64,000 bases of DNA, taken from positions 544,001-608,000 of the forward strand of contig CBDDDZ010000003.1 of the NCBI GenBank assembly GCA_965226795.1. Reading direction: 5' to 3'. The position numbers and the translations under genes are program-made. The DNA comes from Candidatus Latescibacterota bacterium. Its GTDB lineage: Bacteria; Latescibacterota; UBA2968; GCA-2709665. The first letter of the stretch is position 1, and every line of letters begins with the position of its first letter. Positions 27,591 through 36,991 of the stretch are shown piece after piece. Under the pieces are notes generated by a model. The model ran no database searches. It was not told the origin of the DNA and saw only the letters and a list, made by a program, of their open reading frames with translations.

Positions 27591-28163
27591 GTGATGCCGA
27601 AATTTGGAGCGAGCGCGGTTGTCATTTCATCAGGAGAGGTGCTGCTGATCAAGAGAACAGACTGTGAAGCCTGGGCTGTGCCGGGCGGAAAGGTCGAGGC
27701 TGGAGAAACCGTGGCGGATACGGCCATCCGCGAGGTTCGAGAAGAAACCGGGATCGATATCGAGCTGACGAGACTGGTGGGGGTTTACTCGAGTCCGCGA
27801 TGGCATGCCGGCGGCAATCACACGATTCTCTTTGCGTCCGTATCTCGCAGCCAGGCGATTACGCCGCAACCGGAGGAAGTTGTCGACGCCGGTTTCTTTT
27901 CGCCTGCCCAACTGCCCGAGCCCTTTGTATGGTGGCATCGGCGGTGGATCCGGGACACCCTCGAGGGGGTCAGTGGAATGGCCTGCCTGCAGGATCGAAT
28001 CTGGCCGTGGGAAGCCGATGTCAGCCCGGGAGATCTGCACCGGATTTTCCAGGAATCCGGGATGTCGCCACAGGAGTTCTTTCAGAAGTATCTGACGCGG
28101 GCGGCGCCCGTCAGAGAGCGCATCGAGGTTGAACAGGCAATGGGGAACGCGGGTGGACCATGA
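27591..28163 (+). CDS. NUDIX hydrolase
   Basis: Nudix box GGKVEAGETVADTAIREVREETG. Confidence 0.9.
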   Translation: MMPKFGASAVVISSGEVLLIKRTDCEAWAVPGGKVEAGETVADTAIREVREETGIDIELTRLVGVYSSPRWHAGGNHTILFASVSRSQAITPQPEEVVDAGFFSPAQLPEPFVWWHRRWIRDTLEGVSGMACLQDRIWPWEADVSPGDLHRIFQESGMSPQEFFQKYLTRAAPVRERIEVEQAMGNAGGP

Positions 28164-29014
28164 TTGAAGCCGAGGGGTTGACCTACGCCTATCCGGGCGC
28201 GGATAATCAGGCGGTTCGGTCGGTTGACTTCAAGGTTGAGACGGGGGAAATCTTCGGTTTTCTCGGGCCCAACGGCGCGGGAAAGAGTACTGCCCAGAAA
28301 GTGCTGATCGGTCTGTTGCGGGAATATACCGGCCGGGTTCTGATCTTCGAGCGGGATCTCAGGAAGTGGGACAACAGCTACTACGAGAGGATCGGGGTTT
28401 CGTTCGAGGTTCCCAACCACTATCTGAAATTGACGGCGCTCGAGAATCTCCGGTATTTCCGTACGCTCTACGCCGGAGAAACAGAGGCGCCGCGGCGTCT
28501 TCTGGAACGGGTGGGGCTCGACCAGGACGGGGACAAACGTGTCGGACAGTTTTCCAGGGGCATGCGCGGGAGGTTGAACTTCGCGCGGTCGCTCTTGAAC
28601 AAACCGGAACTTCTCTTTCTGGATGAGCCCACGGCGGGTCTGGACCCCGTTAGCAGCCGCCGGATCCGGGATCTGATACGGGAGCAGCGCGAGGCGGGCG
28701 CCACGGTGTTCCTGACAACCCACAATATGGCCGTGGCCGATGAACTCTGCGATCGCGTGGCCTTTATCGTGGATGGCGGCATCCGGCTCGTCGACGCGCC
28801 GCGGGCGCTGAAGCTGCGGTACGGGAAGCGAACGCTGCGCGTGGAGTACGTCGCGGACGGCGGCCTCGAGCAGAAGGATTTTCCGCTGGACGGCCTCGCG
28901 GACCATGCGCAGTTCCAGGAAATTCTGCGACGCGCGTCCATTCAGACGATGCATACCCAGGAGACCACGCTGGAAGACATCTTCATTCAGGTGACCGGGA
29001 GGGCGTTAACGTGA
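28160..29014 (+). CDS. ABC-2 exporter ATP-binding subunit
   Basis: GPNGAGKST, FSRGM, LFLDEPTAGLDP, TTHNM. Confidence 0.93.
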   Translation: MIEAEGLTYAYPGADNQAVRSVDFKVETGEIFGFLGPNGAGKSTAQKVLIGLLREYTGRVLIFERDLRKWDNSYYERIGVSFEVPNHYLKLTALENLRYFRTLYAGETEAPRRLLERVGLDQDGDKRVGQFSRGMRGRLNFARSLLNKPELLFLDEPTAGLDPVSSRRIRDLIREQREAGATVFLTTHNMAVADELCDRVAFIVDGGIRLVDAPRALKLRYGKRTLRVEYVADGGLEQKDFPLDGLADHAQFQEILRRASIQTMHTQETTLEDIFIQVTGRALT

Positions 29015-29721
29015 AACGCCTGGTGTCGGTCTTTCGGTGGGACGTGACGTTGCAATACAGGTACAAATTCGTCGCTGTCAGCGTCGGCATGGTGTTGTTC
29101 TGGGGGATCCTGTTCAGCCTGATACCCGGTATCGGGCGCGTGGACGCCGGCGTCGTGGTGCCGGCTTTTTTCGTCATCAATCTGTACGTGACCACGTTTT
29201 ATTTCATCAGCGGCCTCGTGTTGTTCGAGAAAAGCGAAGGCGTCCTGACGATGTTGGCGGCAACGCCGCTCCGGGACGTGGAATATCTGCTCTCCAAGGT
29301 GGTGTCACTGACACTGCTCGCCCTTGTCGAGAGCCTGTTGATCGTCGTGGCTGTTCTGGGAACCGTCGGTGAGTGGGTGCCATTGGTGTCGGGCGCGTTC
29401 CTGTTGGGGGCGCTCTTCGCGCTGGCTGGATTTATCGTGGTTGTGCGCTATGATTCGATCAATGCGTTTCTTATTCCGTCCGTCCTCTACGTGACGGCGC
29501 TGCTGCTTCCGTTGCTGCCTCACTTCGGGCTCGCAGACAGAACGGTTTTCTACCTTCATCCCGCACAGCCGGCCCTGGTGTTGATGCGCGCGGCGTATAT
29601 GCCGAAGGGCGCCTGGGAGATGGTTTACGGGGTGGCGGCAGGTCTTGGATGGGTGGGTATCGGCTTTGTTGTTGCCCGGCGGCGGTTCTACAAATTCGCG
29701 ATCCGCGAAGCGGGCACATAG
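29011..29721 (+). CDS. ABC exporter permease (fluoroquinolone-export-type)
   Basis: About 6 TM segments, GLVLFEKSEGVL..L.ATPL; overlaps the ATPase. Confidence 0.85.
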   Translation: MKRLVSVFRWDVTLQYRYKFVAVSVGMVLFWGILFSLIPGIGRVDAGVVVPAFFVINLYVTTFYFISGLVLFEKSEGVLTMLAATPLRDVEYLLSKVVSLTLLALVESLLIVVAVLGTVGEWVPLVSGAFLLGALFALAGFIVVVRYDSINAFLIPSVLYVTALLLPLLPHFGLADRTVFYLHPAQPALVLMRAAYMPKGAWEMVYGVAAGLGWVGIGFVVARRRFYKFAIREAGT

Positions 29722-29736
29722 CGGGAGCCTTGATTC

Positions 29737-30471
29737 TTGCAGACATTCGCAGTCTATCGATCCCTCGGATGGTTGGATTTCAAGAACGTGAAGCGTGACA
29801 GGCTATTGGCCTGGATGGTGGCCATGCCCCTGATGATCGCCGCCCTGTACCGTTTCGGCCTGCCGCCGCTGGCCGATTGGTTGCTGGAGGGATACGCATT
29901 TGATCTTAGGCGATATTACCCGCTGCTGATGAGCGTTTACGTGATGACGGCGCCGGGGATGATCGGCACGGTGATCGGTTTTCTGCTTCTGGACGAACGG
30001 GATGATCGGATGCTGACGGCCCTGCTGGTTACGCCGATGTCAACTAAGGGATTTCTGGCCTACAGGATTACGATTCCACTGGTGTCCGGCTTTATCATTA
30101 CAATTGTAGGCTACCGGCTGATCGGTCTGATGCCGGTTTCGTTGTCCGATTTGACGGCTGTTTCGATGTTGGCTTCGTTCAACGCCCCGATAACGGCCCT
30201 GGCATTAGCGGGATTCGCGGAGAACAAAGTAACCGGGTTCGCTTTCGTAAAGGTCTTGAACGCGATCACTATGGCTCCTGTGATCGCTTTTTTTGTGACG
30301 TCCGCCTGGCAGTTCGTTGCGGGGTTGGTACCCGCGTACTGGCCGATGAAGATGCTCTGGCTGGTGGCATCCGACGAAGGGTACGTATTGTACGGGCTCG
30401 GGGGACTTGCAGTAAACGCCCTGGCGGTATTGCTGCTGCTTAAGCGGTTTCATTCGGTTATGCACCGGTGA
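29737..30471 (+). CDS. ABC exporter permease, second subunit
   Basis: GFLLLDERDD..LTALLVTP; hydrophobic. Confidence 0.85.
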   Translation: MQTFAVYRSLGWLDFKNVKRDRLLAWMVAMPLMIAALYRFGLPPLADWLLEGYAFDLRRYYPLLMSVYVMTAPGMIGTVIGFLLLDERDDRMLTALLVTPMSTKGFLAYRITIPLVSGFIITIVGYRLIGLMPVSLSDLTAVSMLASFNAPITALALAGFAENKVTGFAFVKVLNAITMAPVIAFFVTSAWQFVAGLVPAYWPMKMLWLVASDEGYVLYGLGGLAVNALAVLLLLKRFHSVMHR

Positions 30472-30532
30472 GGGACGCCCGGTTCCGGACGGGATACCGG
30501 CAAACGGGCGCGTTGTGAAAGGGTTATAAAGT

Positions 30533-31750
30533 ATGACCTATGACCTGGTGCTGAAGGGGGGCACCGTGATCGACGGTGCGCAGGGATTGAACGGGATATA
30601 TGACGTCGCGGTTCACGGAGAGACGATTGCCGCCGTGGAGAAGGAGATTGCCGAGCCCGCCAACGAGACGGTCGACCTTTCCGGCAGATTTCTTACGCCT
30701 GGCTGGGTCGATATTCACACACACATCTATGCCGGGGCTACCACGTGGGGGATTCAGGCGGATGCGCTATGCCTGGCGACGGGCGTGACCACGGTCGTGG
30801 ATGCGGGCAGTCCGGGATGGGCGAATTTCATGGGGTTCCGCGACTACGTGGCGGCGCCGGCGCGGACTCAGGTGTTGACGTTTGTGCATATCAGCGGCAT
30901 CGGGTTGACCTGCGGATCCGTCGGTGAGATGCAGGATTTGCGGTATGCCGACCCCCAACGCACGGCATATGTAATTCAGAGGTGGCCGGAACTCTGTGTG
31001 GGCGTGAAGGTGCGCCAAGGCAGACACCAGGTGGGCGACAACGGAGTGGCGCCGCTACGGCTGGCTGTTGAGGCCGCCGAACGCTCCAATTCGAGGGTAA
31101 TGGTGCATGCCGGCGCCGGCGTTCCGCTGCCGGACGTACTGGGCGAGGTCCGGCCTGGCGATATCGTCACCCACTGCTATCACGGCGGTGGCGATACCAT
31201 CCTCGGTAGCGAGGAACGTGTAATTCCGGAGGTGTGGGCGGCGCGTGAGCGGGGAGTCTTGTTCGATCTGGGCCACGGAGGGGGCAGTTTCCTGTTCGAA
31301 GTCGCAAAAAAAGCCCTGGCGCAGGGTTTTCCTTCGGACGTGATCAGTACGGATCTGCACGTACATTGTTTAAACGACCCGGTCTACAGTCTGCCGGAGA
31401 CGGCCTCCAAACTGCTGAACCTGGGAATGGAGTTGCCGGAAGTCGTCTACCAGTCAACAGCTGCGCCCGCTACGGCGATTGGACGAGAAGAAGAACTGGG
31501 AACGTTGAAGGTGGGCACCGTGGCAGACCTGGCGGCGTTCGAAGTACAGGAAGGTGCGTTCGAGTTTCGGGACGTGGGTGACAACCTGGAGGTGGGCTCG
31601 CGTATGATTCAGCCGGTACTGACCGTTCGCAAAGGGAAAGTGTACCGGCCGGCGGACCTGAAAGAGGAAGTCGCGGAGACGTTGCACAGGGCACGCGAGA
31701 TGAATGCGCTGGTGAGGGGCCAGTTCGACAAGCCAGGCCCGGGTCCGTAG
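30533..31750 (+). CDS. Amidohydrolase (dihydroorotase-like/deacetylase family)
   Basis: PGWVDIHTH, GVTTVVDAGS, GVKVR, MVH, VTHCYH, ISTDLH. Confidence 0.88.
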   Translation: MTYDLVLKGGTVIDGAQGLNGIYDVAVHGETIAAVEKEIAEPANETVDLSGRFLTPGWVDIHTHIYAGATTWGIQADALCLATGVTTVVDAGSPGWANFMGFRDYVAAPARTQVLTFVHISGIGLTCGSVGEMQDLRYADPQRTAYVIQRWPELCVGVKVRQGRHQVGDNGVAPLRLAVEAAERSNSRVMVHAGAGVPLPDVLGEVRPGDIVTHCYHGGGDTILGSEERVIPEVWAARERGVLFDLGHGGGSFLFEVAKKALAQGFPSDVISTDLHVHCLNDPVYSLPETASKLLNLGMELPEVVYQSTAAPATAIGREEELGTLKVGTVADLAAFEVQEGAFEFRDVGDNLEVGSRMIQPVLTVRKGKVYRPADLKEEVAETLHRAREMNALVRGQFDKPGPGP

Positions 31751-31805
31751 ACTGGGTTCAATCGGGTTAAACGCCGACGTTGGAGATTCAGAAAGGAAGC
31801 ATTTC

Positions 31806-33395
31806 ATGTCAATGACCGGTGCGGAGGTGCTAGTCGAGGGGCTGACAGCGGCCGGGGTGAAGCATCTGTTTTCGCTGTCGGGCAATCAGATCCTCTCGGT
31901 TTACGATGCGACGATCGGCCGGGACATCGCATTAATCCACACCCGCCACGAAGCCGCGGCCGTCCATATGGCGGATGGTTGGGGAAGGTTGACCGAGGAG
32001 CCCGGTGTCGCGCTACTCACGGCGGGGCCCGGTCACTGTAATGGGCTGGGGGCGCTTTACGTGGCGTTGATGGCGGAGTCCCCGTTGCTGATGTTGAGCG
32101 GCCATTGCCCGGAGGCGCAGATCGGGAAAGGCGCGTTTCAGGAAGTGGATCAGGTGGCCGCGGCCCGTCCGGTTGCCAAGGCATCCTGGCGGGTGGAGAG
32201 ATGCGAAGATCTGGAAGATGACCTGTCCAGGGCGTTGGAACTGGCGGTATCCGGACGACCCGGCCCGGTGCATTTGAGTCTGCCCTCGGATGTGCTGGAG
32301 GCATCCGTGCCGCAGATGTCCGTGACCCATTCCAAACGTGCAGACCCCGTGGCGGACGCCGATCTGGATGCCGTGCTTGCTCGGTTGAGCGAGGCTGAGC
32401 GGCCGCTGATCCTGGCGGGCCCCGCGATGGGGCGGGCCGGCCGCTGGCGCTCCGTGGAGAAGCTGGTGGAGGCAACGGGGATTCCGGCGCTGCCGATGGA
32501 AAGCCCGCGTGGCGTGAACGATCCGGCGCTGCGCCGGGCGGCAACGTGTCTGGCGAGGGCCGACGTGGTGCTGCTTCTGGGGAAGAAACTGGATTTTTCG
32601 CTGCGCTTTGGCCAGCCGCCGTTTTTTTCCGCGCAGCGCCGGTTCATTCAGATCGACGCGGAACCGGGTGAGTTGCGCGCCGACGCCTGTGTGGCGCTGG
32701 GGCTGTGTACGGACCCGTGGGAAGCGACCCGGCGACTTTCGGACATGGCAGGTGCGGGGTCCTGGAATTACGGGACGTGGCGGGCCGAGGTGGAAAGATT
32801 GCGCGGCGCCACGCCTTCGGACTGGGACGTCATGATGAGCGCAACCGCCGGCCCCGTGCATCCGTTGAGCGTATGCCGGGCGGTGCAGCCGTTCCTGGAC
32901 TCAGGGGCTGTCTTTGTGAGCGACGGAGGGGAGTTCGGACAGTGGGCGCAGGCAGGATTGGCGGCGGAGATCAGGTTGATCAACGGGCCATCGGGCGCAA
33001 TCGGGAGCGCGATGCCGATGGGTCTGGCGGCAAAGCTGGCGCATCCGGACAGGGCGGTATTCGTATTGCTTGGGGATGGGACGTTTGGTTATCATGCGTT
33101 GGAATTGGACACGGCGCTGCGTTACGGGCTGCCGGTTGTCACAATCGTCGGAAACGACGCAAGGTGGAATGCCGAGCATCAACTCCAGGTCACAACCTAC
33201 GGGCCGGATCGGACCGTCGGGTGCGGTCTGCTCGCGACAAGATACGATCGGGTGGCGGAGGCCCTGGGCGGGTACGGCGCATTTGTGGAAAGGGCGGAGG
33301 ATCTCCCGGCCGCGCTGAACGACGCGTTGGCGTCCGGCCTGCCCGCGTGCGTGAACGTGGCGATTGAACCGGCCGGCGCACCACTCTTTCGATGA
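31806..33395 (+). CDS. Thiamine diphosphate-dependent enzyme (acetolactate synthase / 2-hydroxyacyl-CoA lyase-like)
   Basis: HTRHEAAAVHMADG, TAGPG, FQEVDQ, GRPGPVHL, GDGTFG...GND. Confidence 0.88.
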   Translation: MSMTGAEVLVEGLTAAGVKHLFSLSGNQILSVYDATIGRDIALIHTRHEAAAVHMADGWGRLTEEPGVALLTAGPGHCNGLGALYVALMAESPLLMLSGHCPEAQIGKGAFQEVDQVAAARPVAKASWRVERCEDLEDDLSRALELAVSGRPGPVHLSLPSDVLEASVPQMSVTHSKRADPVADADLDAVLARLSEAERPLILAGPAMGRAGRWRSVEKLVEATGIPALPMESPRGVNDPALRRAATCLARADVVLLLGKKLDFSLRFGQPPFFSAQRRFIQIDAEPGELRADACVALGLCTDPWEATRRLSDMAGAGSWNYGTWRAEVERLRGATPSDWDVMMSATAGPVHPLSVCRAVQPFLDSGAVFVSDGGEFGQWAQAGLAAEIRLINGPSGAIGSAMPMGLAAKLAHPDRAVFVLLGDGTFGYHALELDTALRYGLPVVTIVGNDARWNAEHQLQVTTYGPDRTVGCGLLATRYDRVAEALGGYGAFVERAEDLPAALNDALASGLPACVNVAIEPAGAPLFR

Positions 33396-33449
33396 TAAAA
33401 CATCCTGCGACCTGAGTTCGACGAAGGGCAAGGGAATAGGGGACGTTAG

Positions 33450-33609
33450 CAGTCCGTTGATAAAGTCGCTCTGCAGGCGAGGCCGAGTCATTGTGGCCGA
33501 AGACAAGGCGTGCGACCGCGTCGAATCGGGGGATTCGGGAAGGGAGCGCAACGCAGTCATTCGGCCACAAGGGCCGGACGTAGCCCGGATGGACTTTTTC
33601 AACGGGCTG
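33450..33609. mobile_element. 160-bp MITE with TTAG target duplication
   Basis: TIRs CAGTCCGTTGATAAAGTC / GACTTTTTCAACGGGCTG (16/18 match); TTAG at 33446-33449 and 33610-33613; second copy at ~48187-48339. Confidence 0.85.
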
Positions 33610-33661
33610 TTAGGGCGGAGGTGGAATTTCAACCTCGAAAGGACGGTTTGAAGGGGGGATT

Positions 33662-34885
33662 GTGCGTGCAGAGATCGTCATGGTCGGAACCGAGCTCCTG
33701 CTTGGAGAAATCGTGGATACCAACGCGAATCTGCTGGCCGTGGCGCTCCGGAACATCGGTATGGACCTCTATTACAAGACCACCGTAGGAGACAACGAGG
33801 AACGCATTACGGACGTACTCAACCTCGCGTTGGATCGGTCGGATGTGGTGATTACCTCGGGGGGCATCGGGCCGACCGTGGACGATGTGACCCGGCAGGC
33901 GATTGCACGTGCAACGGGGCGGAAGCTGATATACAGCGAGGAGCTGGAAGGGCAGATCGCGGCCCGGTTCCGAAGTTTCGGACGGAAGATGGCCGCTAAT
34001 AACAAGCGGCAGGCGTATCTGCCCGACGGTGCGCTGCCGTTGGAGAATCCCGTCGGAACGGCGCCATGTTTTCTGAGCGAAGATACAAGAGGTCGTGGGT
34101 TCATTATCTGCCTCCCGGGTGTACCCCGGGAATTGTCGCATATGATGGAGAATACCGTCGTACCGTTGCTGGTGGATCGGATGGGCGGTGTGAAGGTAAT
34201 CCGGGTGCGTGTACTCCGGACCTGCGCGGTAGGGGAGAGCAATATCGACCGGGGAATCGGTGATCTGATGGCTTCGTCCAACCCGACGGTTGGTCTGGCC
34301 GCTCATGCGGGACAGACGGACGTTCGCGTGGCAGCCAGAGCCGATTCGGAGTCGGAAGCGGATGCGCTGATTGCCGAAATGGAAACCGAACTCCGGAATC
34401 GGCTGGGTGTGGCGGTCTATGGTGAGGAGAAAGAAACGGTGGCCGAGGTTGTGGGCAGGCTGCTGGCGCAACGGGATCTGAAGCTTGGGGTGGTGGATAC
34501 GCTTACCGGGGGACAAATCTGCCGGGAGTTGAACGAAGCTGGGTTCGGAAGCGTGGTTTTGGCGGACCTTAGTGGGCGCGACGCCGAGCAGGCGCTGGCG
34601 GCCGCGCGCACCGACTTGTCACAAGTGATCGACGACCCGACGCTGGCGGGACTGCTGGCGGCGAGGGTCGCGCCTGAAGCCGGCGTTGGGCTGGCGATGA
34701 TCGGCCCTTGCAACGGGAAATCCTCAGTTATTGCGGTGCGTGGGCCCGGAGATCAGAAGACGGATGAGCAGGGGCGACGATTCGATGATTCTGACCTGGT
34801 TCGACGCTGGAACGCGATTCAGGGTCTGGATCGGGTGAGGAGGGCGGTGTTGGGTGTGCTGAAGTCACCGGTCGATTGGAATTAG
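33662..34885 (+). CDS. cinA: CinA (MoCF-like N-domain + degenerate PncC-like C-domain)
   Basis: GTELLLGEIVDTN, VGDN, SGGIGPTVDDVT, NPVGTAP, LPGVPRE. Confidence 0.88.
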   Translation: MRAEIVMVGTELLLGEIVDTNANLLAVALRNIGMDLYYKTTVGDNEERITDVLNLALDRSDVVITSGGIGPTVDDVTRQAIARATGRKLIYSEELEGQIAARFRSFGRKMAANNKRQAYLPDGALPLENPVGTAPCFLSEDTRGRGFIICLPGVPRELSHMMENTVVPLLVDRMGGVKVIRVRVLRTCAVGESNIDRGIGDLMASSNPTVGLAAHAGQTDVRVAARADSESEADALIAEMETELRNRLGVAVYGEEKETVAEVVGRLLAQRDLKLGVVDTLTGGQICRELNEAGFGSVVLADLSGRDAEQALAAARTDLSQVIDDPTLAGLLAARVAPEAGVGLAMIGPCNGKSSVIAVRGPGDQKTDEQGRRFDDSDLVRRWNAIQGLDRVRRAVLGVLKSPVDWN

Positions 34886-35029
34886 CCGGCAAGTCGTCGG
34901 GACGCCGCAATACATGGTCGTCTTGCGAGATCGACACTCACGGTAGTGATTTAGGCGACCGGATGTGAGTTTGGGAAGGACCCCGTCTGTGTGATAGATG
35001 GCCGGATGTCCGTGGCCGCCGCGGGGGAC

Positions 35030-35107
35030 TTGACCGCCGATCCGCCAGCAGCCCATCCCCACCGTGTAGACGGTTAGCCCGGTTCTGTCGTGGGTGCGGT
35101 GTTCAAT
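35030..35107 (-). pseudogene. Aldo/keto reductase N-terminal remnant
   Basis: Minus strand reads EHRTHDRTGLTVYTVGMGCWRIGGQ, like the AKR start xRxLGxTGLxVSx+GxGxWxIGG; nothing follows. Confidence 0.45.
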
Positions 35108-35202
35108 TGCTGATTGCCCCCAATCCTCCGTCGGTCAGCCAGAAGTTAAGGCATCGGCGTGTATCATAATGAGCCATCAGCGGCGTGTCAGGAGGATGAT
35201 CC

Positions 35203-36585
35203 ATGGCTGGCACCAGAGACATACGCTCCAGGCTTGAGCTATTCGTCGACGACTGGCTGATCGACACGATGACGGACACAAGCCTCAAGCTCCATCCTCC
35301 GGTGCCGGCTGAGGTCGTCCTCGATTTCGACCAACCCTGGGAAGGGAAGACGTCGTGGGTCGCCAACGTCATCCTCGACGACGGGCGCTACCGCCTCTGG
35401 TACCGCGCCACCGGCCCTGAGGGAACGAACCGGACGACCTGTTACGCCGAAAGCCCCGACGGCATCCACTTCGAGCGTCCAACCCTCGGGCTGCACGAGT
35501 TCGAGGGCTCGAAGGAGAACAACATCGTCATGGGGGCTGTGCACTGGAACGCCTGCGTCTTCAAGGATCCCAATCCGGCCGCGCCAGACTCACAGCGGTA
35601 CAAGGGCTTCCTGAGGGGCGAAAAGCTGGACAAGCGCGCCACGATTTACGGCTATGGTTCGCCCGACGGCATCCATTGGGAGCTGATCCAGGACGGGCCG
35701 ATCCTACATGCGCCACCCGACGACCACCCCAACTTCGACTCACCCAACGTGGCCTTCTGGGACGTCAATATTCGCAAGTACGTCAGCTACTTGAGGGGTT
35801 TCACGCCCGATTGCGATCGTTGCGGAGCCCCCGCTCAGGGTGGCGTATACCGGTCGATTCGGAGGGCCGAGTCGGACGACTTCCTGGACTGGACCGTGCC
35901 GGAGCTGATCGACATGGGCGGAAGGCAGAAGGAGCACCTGTACACCAACGCAGCGACCCTATACTTCCGCGCTCCCCACGTCTACCTGATGTTCCCCAAG
36001 CGGCTTAGGCTTGGCCGGAAGTTCCACAAGGACTGGGTGTCCGACGGCCTGTCCGAGGGGGTCTTGATGACCAGCCGGGACGGCGTCCGGTGGGATCGCC
36101 GGTTTATGGGTCCGTTCATCCGTCCAGGCCTTGACTCAAGGAACTGGAATGAGCGGAATATGGCCGCCGGCGTCGGCGTTGTGCCCACCGGGGCCGAGGA
36201 GATCTCGATCTACTACGTAGAGAACTACCGGAACCCGACGTGCCGGCTCCGTCGAGGCGTCCTTCGGACCGACGGTTTCGTCTCCGTCAACGCACCCTTC
36301 GGCGGCGGCGAGTTCGTAACCAAGCCCTTCACCTTCGCTGGCAGTGAGCTGGTCATCAACTACTCGACCTCGGTGGCCGGCGAAATCCGGTTCGAGATGC
36401 AGGACGAGCAGGGCAGCCCCATCGAGGGCCACACGCTCTCCGAAAGCGCCGAGATCTTTGGAGATGAGATTGCGCGGGCGGTCAGCTGGGACAGCGGCTC
36501 CGACGTGTCTGCGCTGGCCGGAAGGCCGGTGCGTCTTCGCGTGGCGATGAAGGAGGCCGACCTCTACGCCATACGCTTCCGGTAG
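35203..36585 (+). CDS. Glycoside-hydrolase-like five-bladed propeller protein of unknown specificity
   Basis: ELFVDDWLI, YAESPDGIHF, SPDGIHW, SRDGVRW, LRTDGFVS, C-terminal ADLYAIRF. Confidence 0.7.
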   Translation: MAGTRDIRSRLELFVDDWLIDTMTDTSLKLHPPVPAEVVLDFDQPWEGKTSWVANVILDDGRYRLWYRATGPEGTNRTTCYAESPDGIHFERPTLGLHEFEGSKENNIVMGAVHWNACVFKDPNPAAPDSQRYKGFLRGEKLDKRATIYGYGSPDGIHWELIQDGPILHAPPDDHPNFDSPNVAFWDVNIRKYVSYLRGFTPDCDRCGAPAQGGVYRSIRRAESDDFLDWTVPELIDMGGRQKEHLYTNAATLYFRAPHVYLMFPKRLRLGRKFHKDWVSDGLSEGVLMTSRDGVRWDRRFMGPFIRPGLDSRNWNERNMAAGVGVVPTGAEEISIYYVENYRNPTCRLRRGVLRTDGFVSVNAPFGGGEFVTKPFTFAGSELVINYSTSVAGEIRFEMQDEQGSPIEGHTLSESAEIFGDEIARAVSWDSGSDVSALAGRPVRLRVAMKEADLYAIRFR

Positions 36586-36991
36586 CGGATGGTACTTGCG
36601 CCCCTGAATTCCCTTCATGGCCGAGATGCCGCCCATGATGTCACGAATGTGAGCGACGACGGAGAAAAGCAGTAAGCCCGCCATACGCGGCTCGCCGTAT
36701 CCCTGAGCGCTCATGGCTGTGATCTGCTCGAGGTCTTCCTCACGTGGCGATCCTGGGTGATTGTCGGTGATTCGGTCGAAGGCCTGGGCGGGACTGGCGC
36801 ATGGCATCGAGGTCGACGTCGAAACCGTGATATGATTCTTGCGTTACCGCAAAGGCGAGCCGGCGTCGACGCCGATGCCGGTCCTTGCTACTCGCGTTGC
36901 GGCGAACATAGGCGAAGCACCCTTGAGCTTGCCGCTGACAATCATGTCTTCGGCGGCGACATGAGCGTAGCGGGACCTGGAGGACATAAGC

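Noticed and set aside
31806..33395. Alpha-oxidation pathway (PhyH + 2-hydroxyacyl-CoA lyase)
   Set aside because: The ThDP enzyme subfamily cannot be fixed from sequence reading, and it is separated from the PhyH genes by unrelated genes.
36590..36980. Possible decayed gene between the two propeller genes
   Set aside because: Coding-like composition but no motif I can support.
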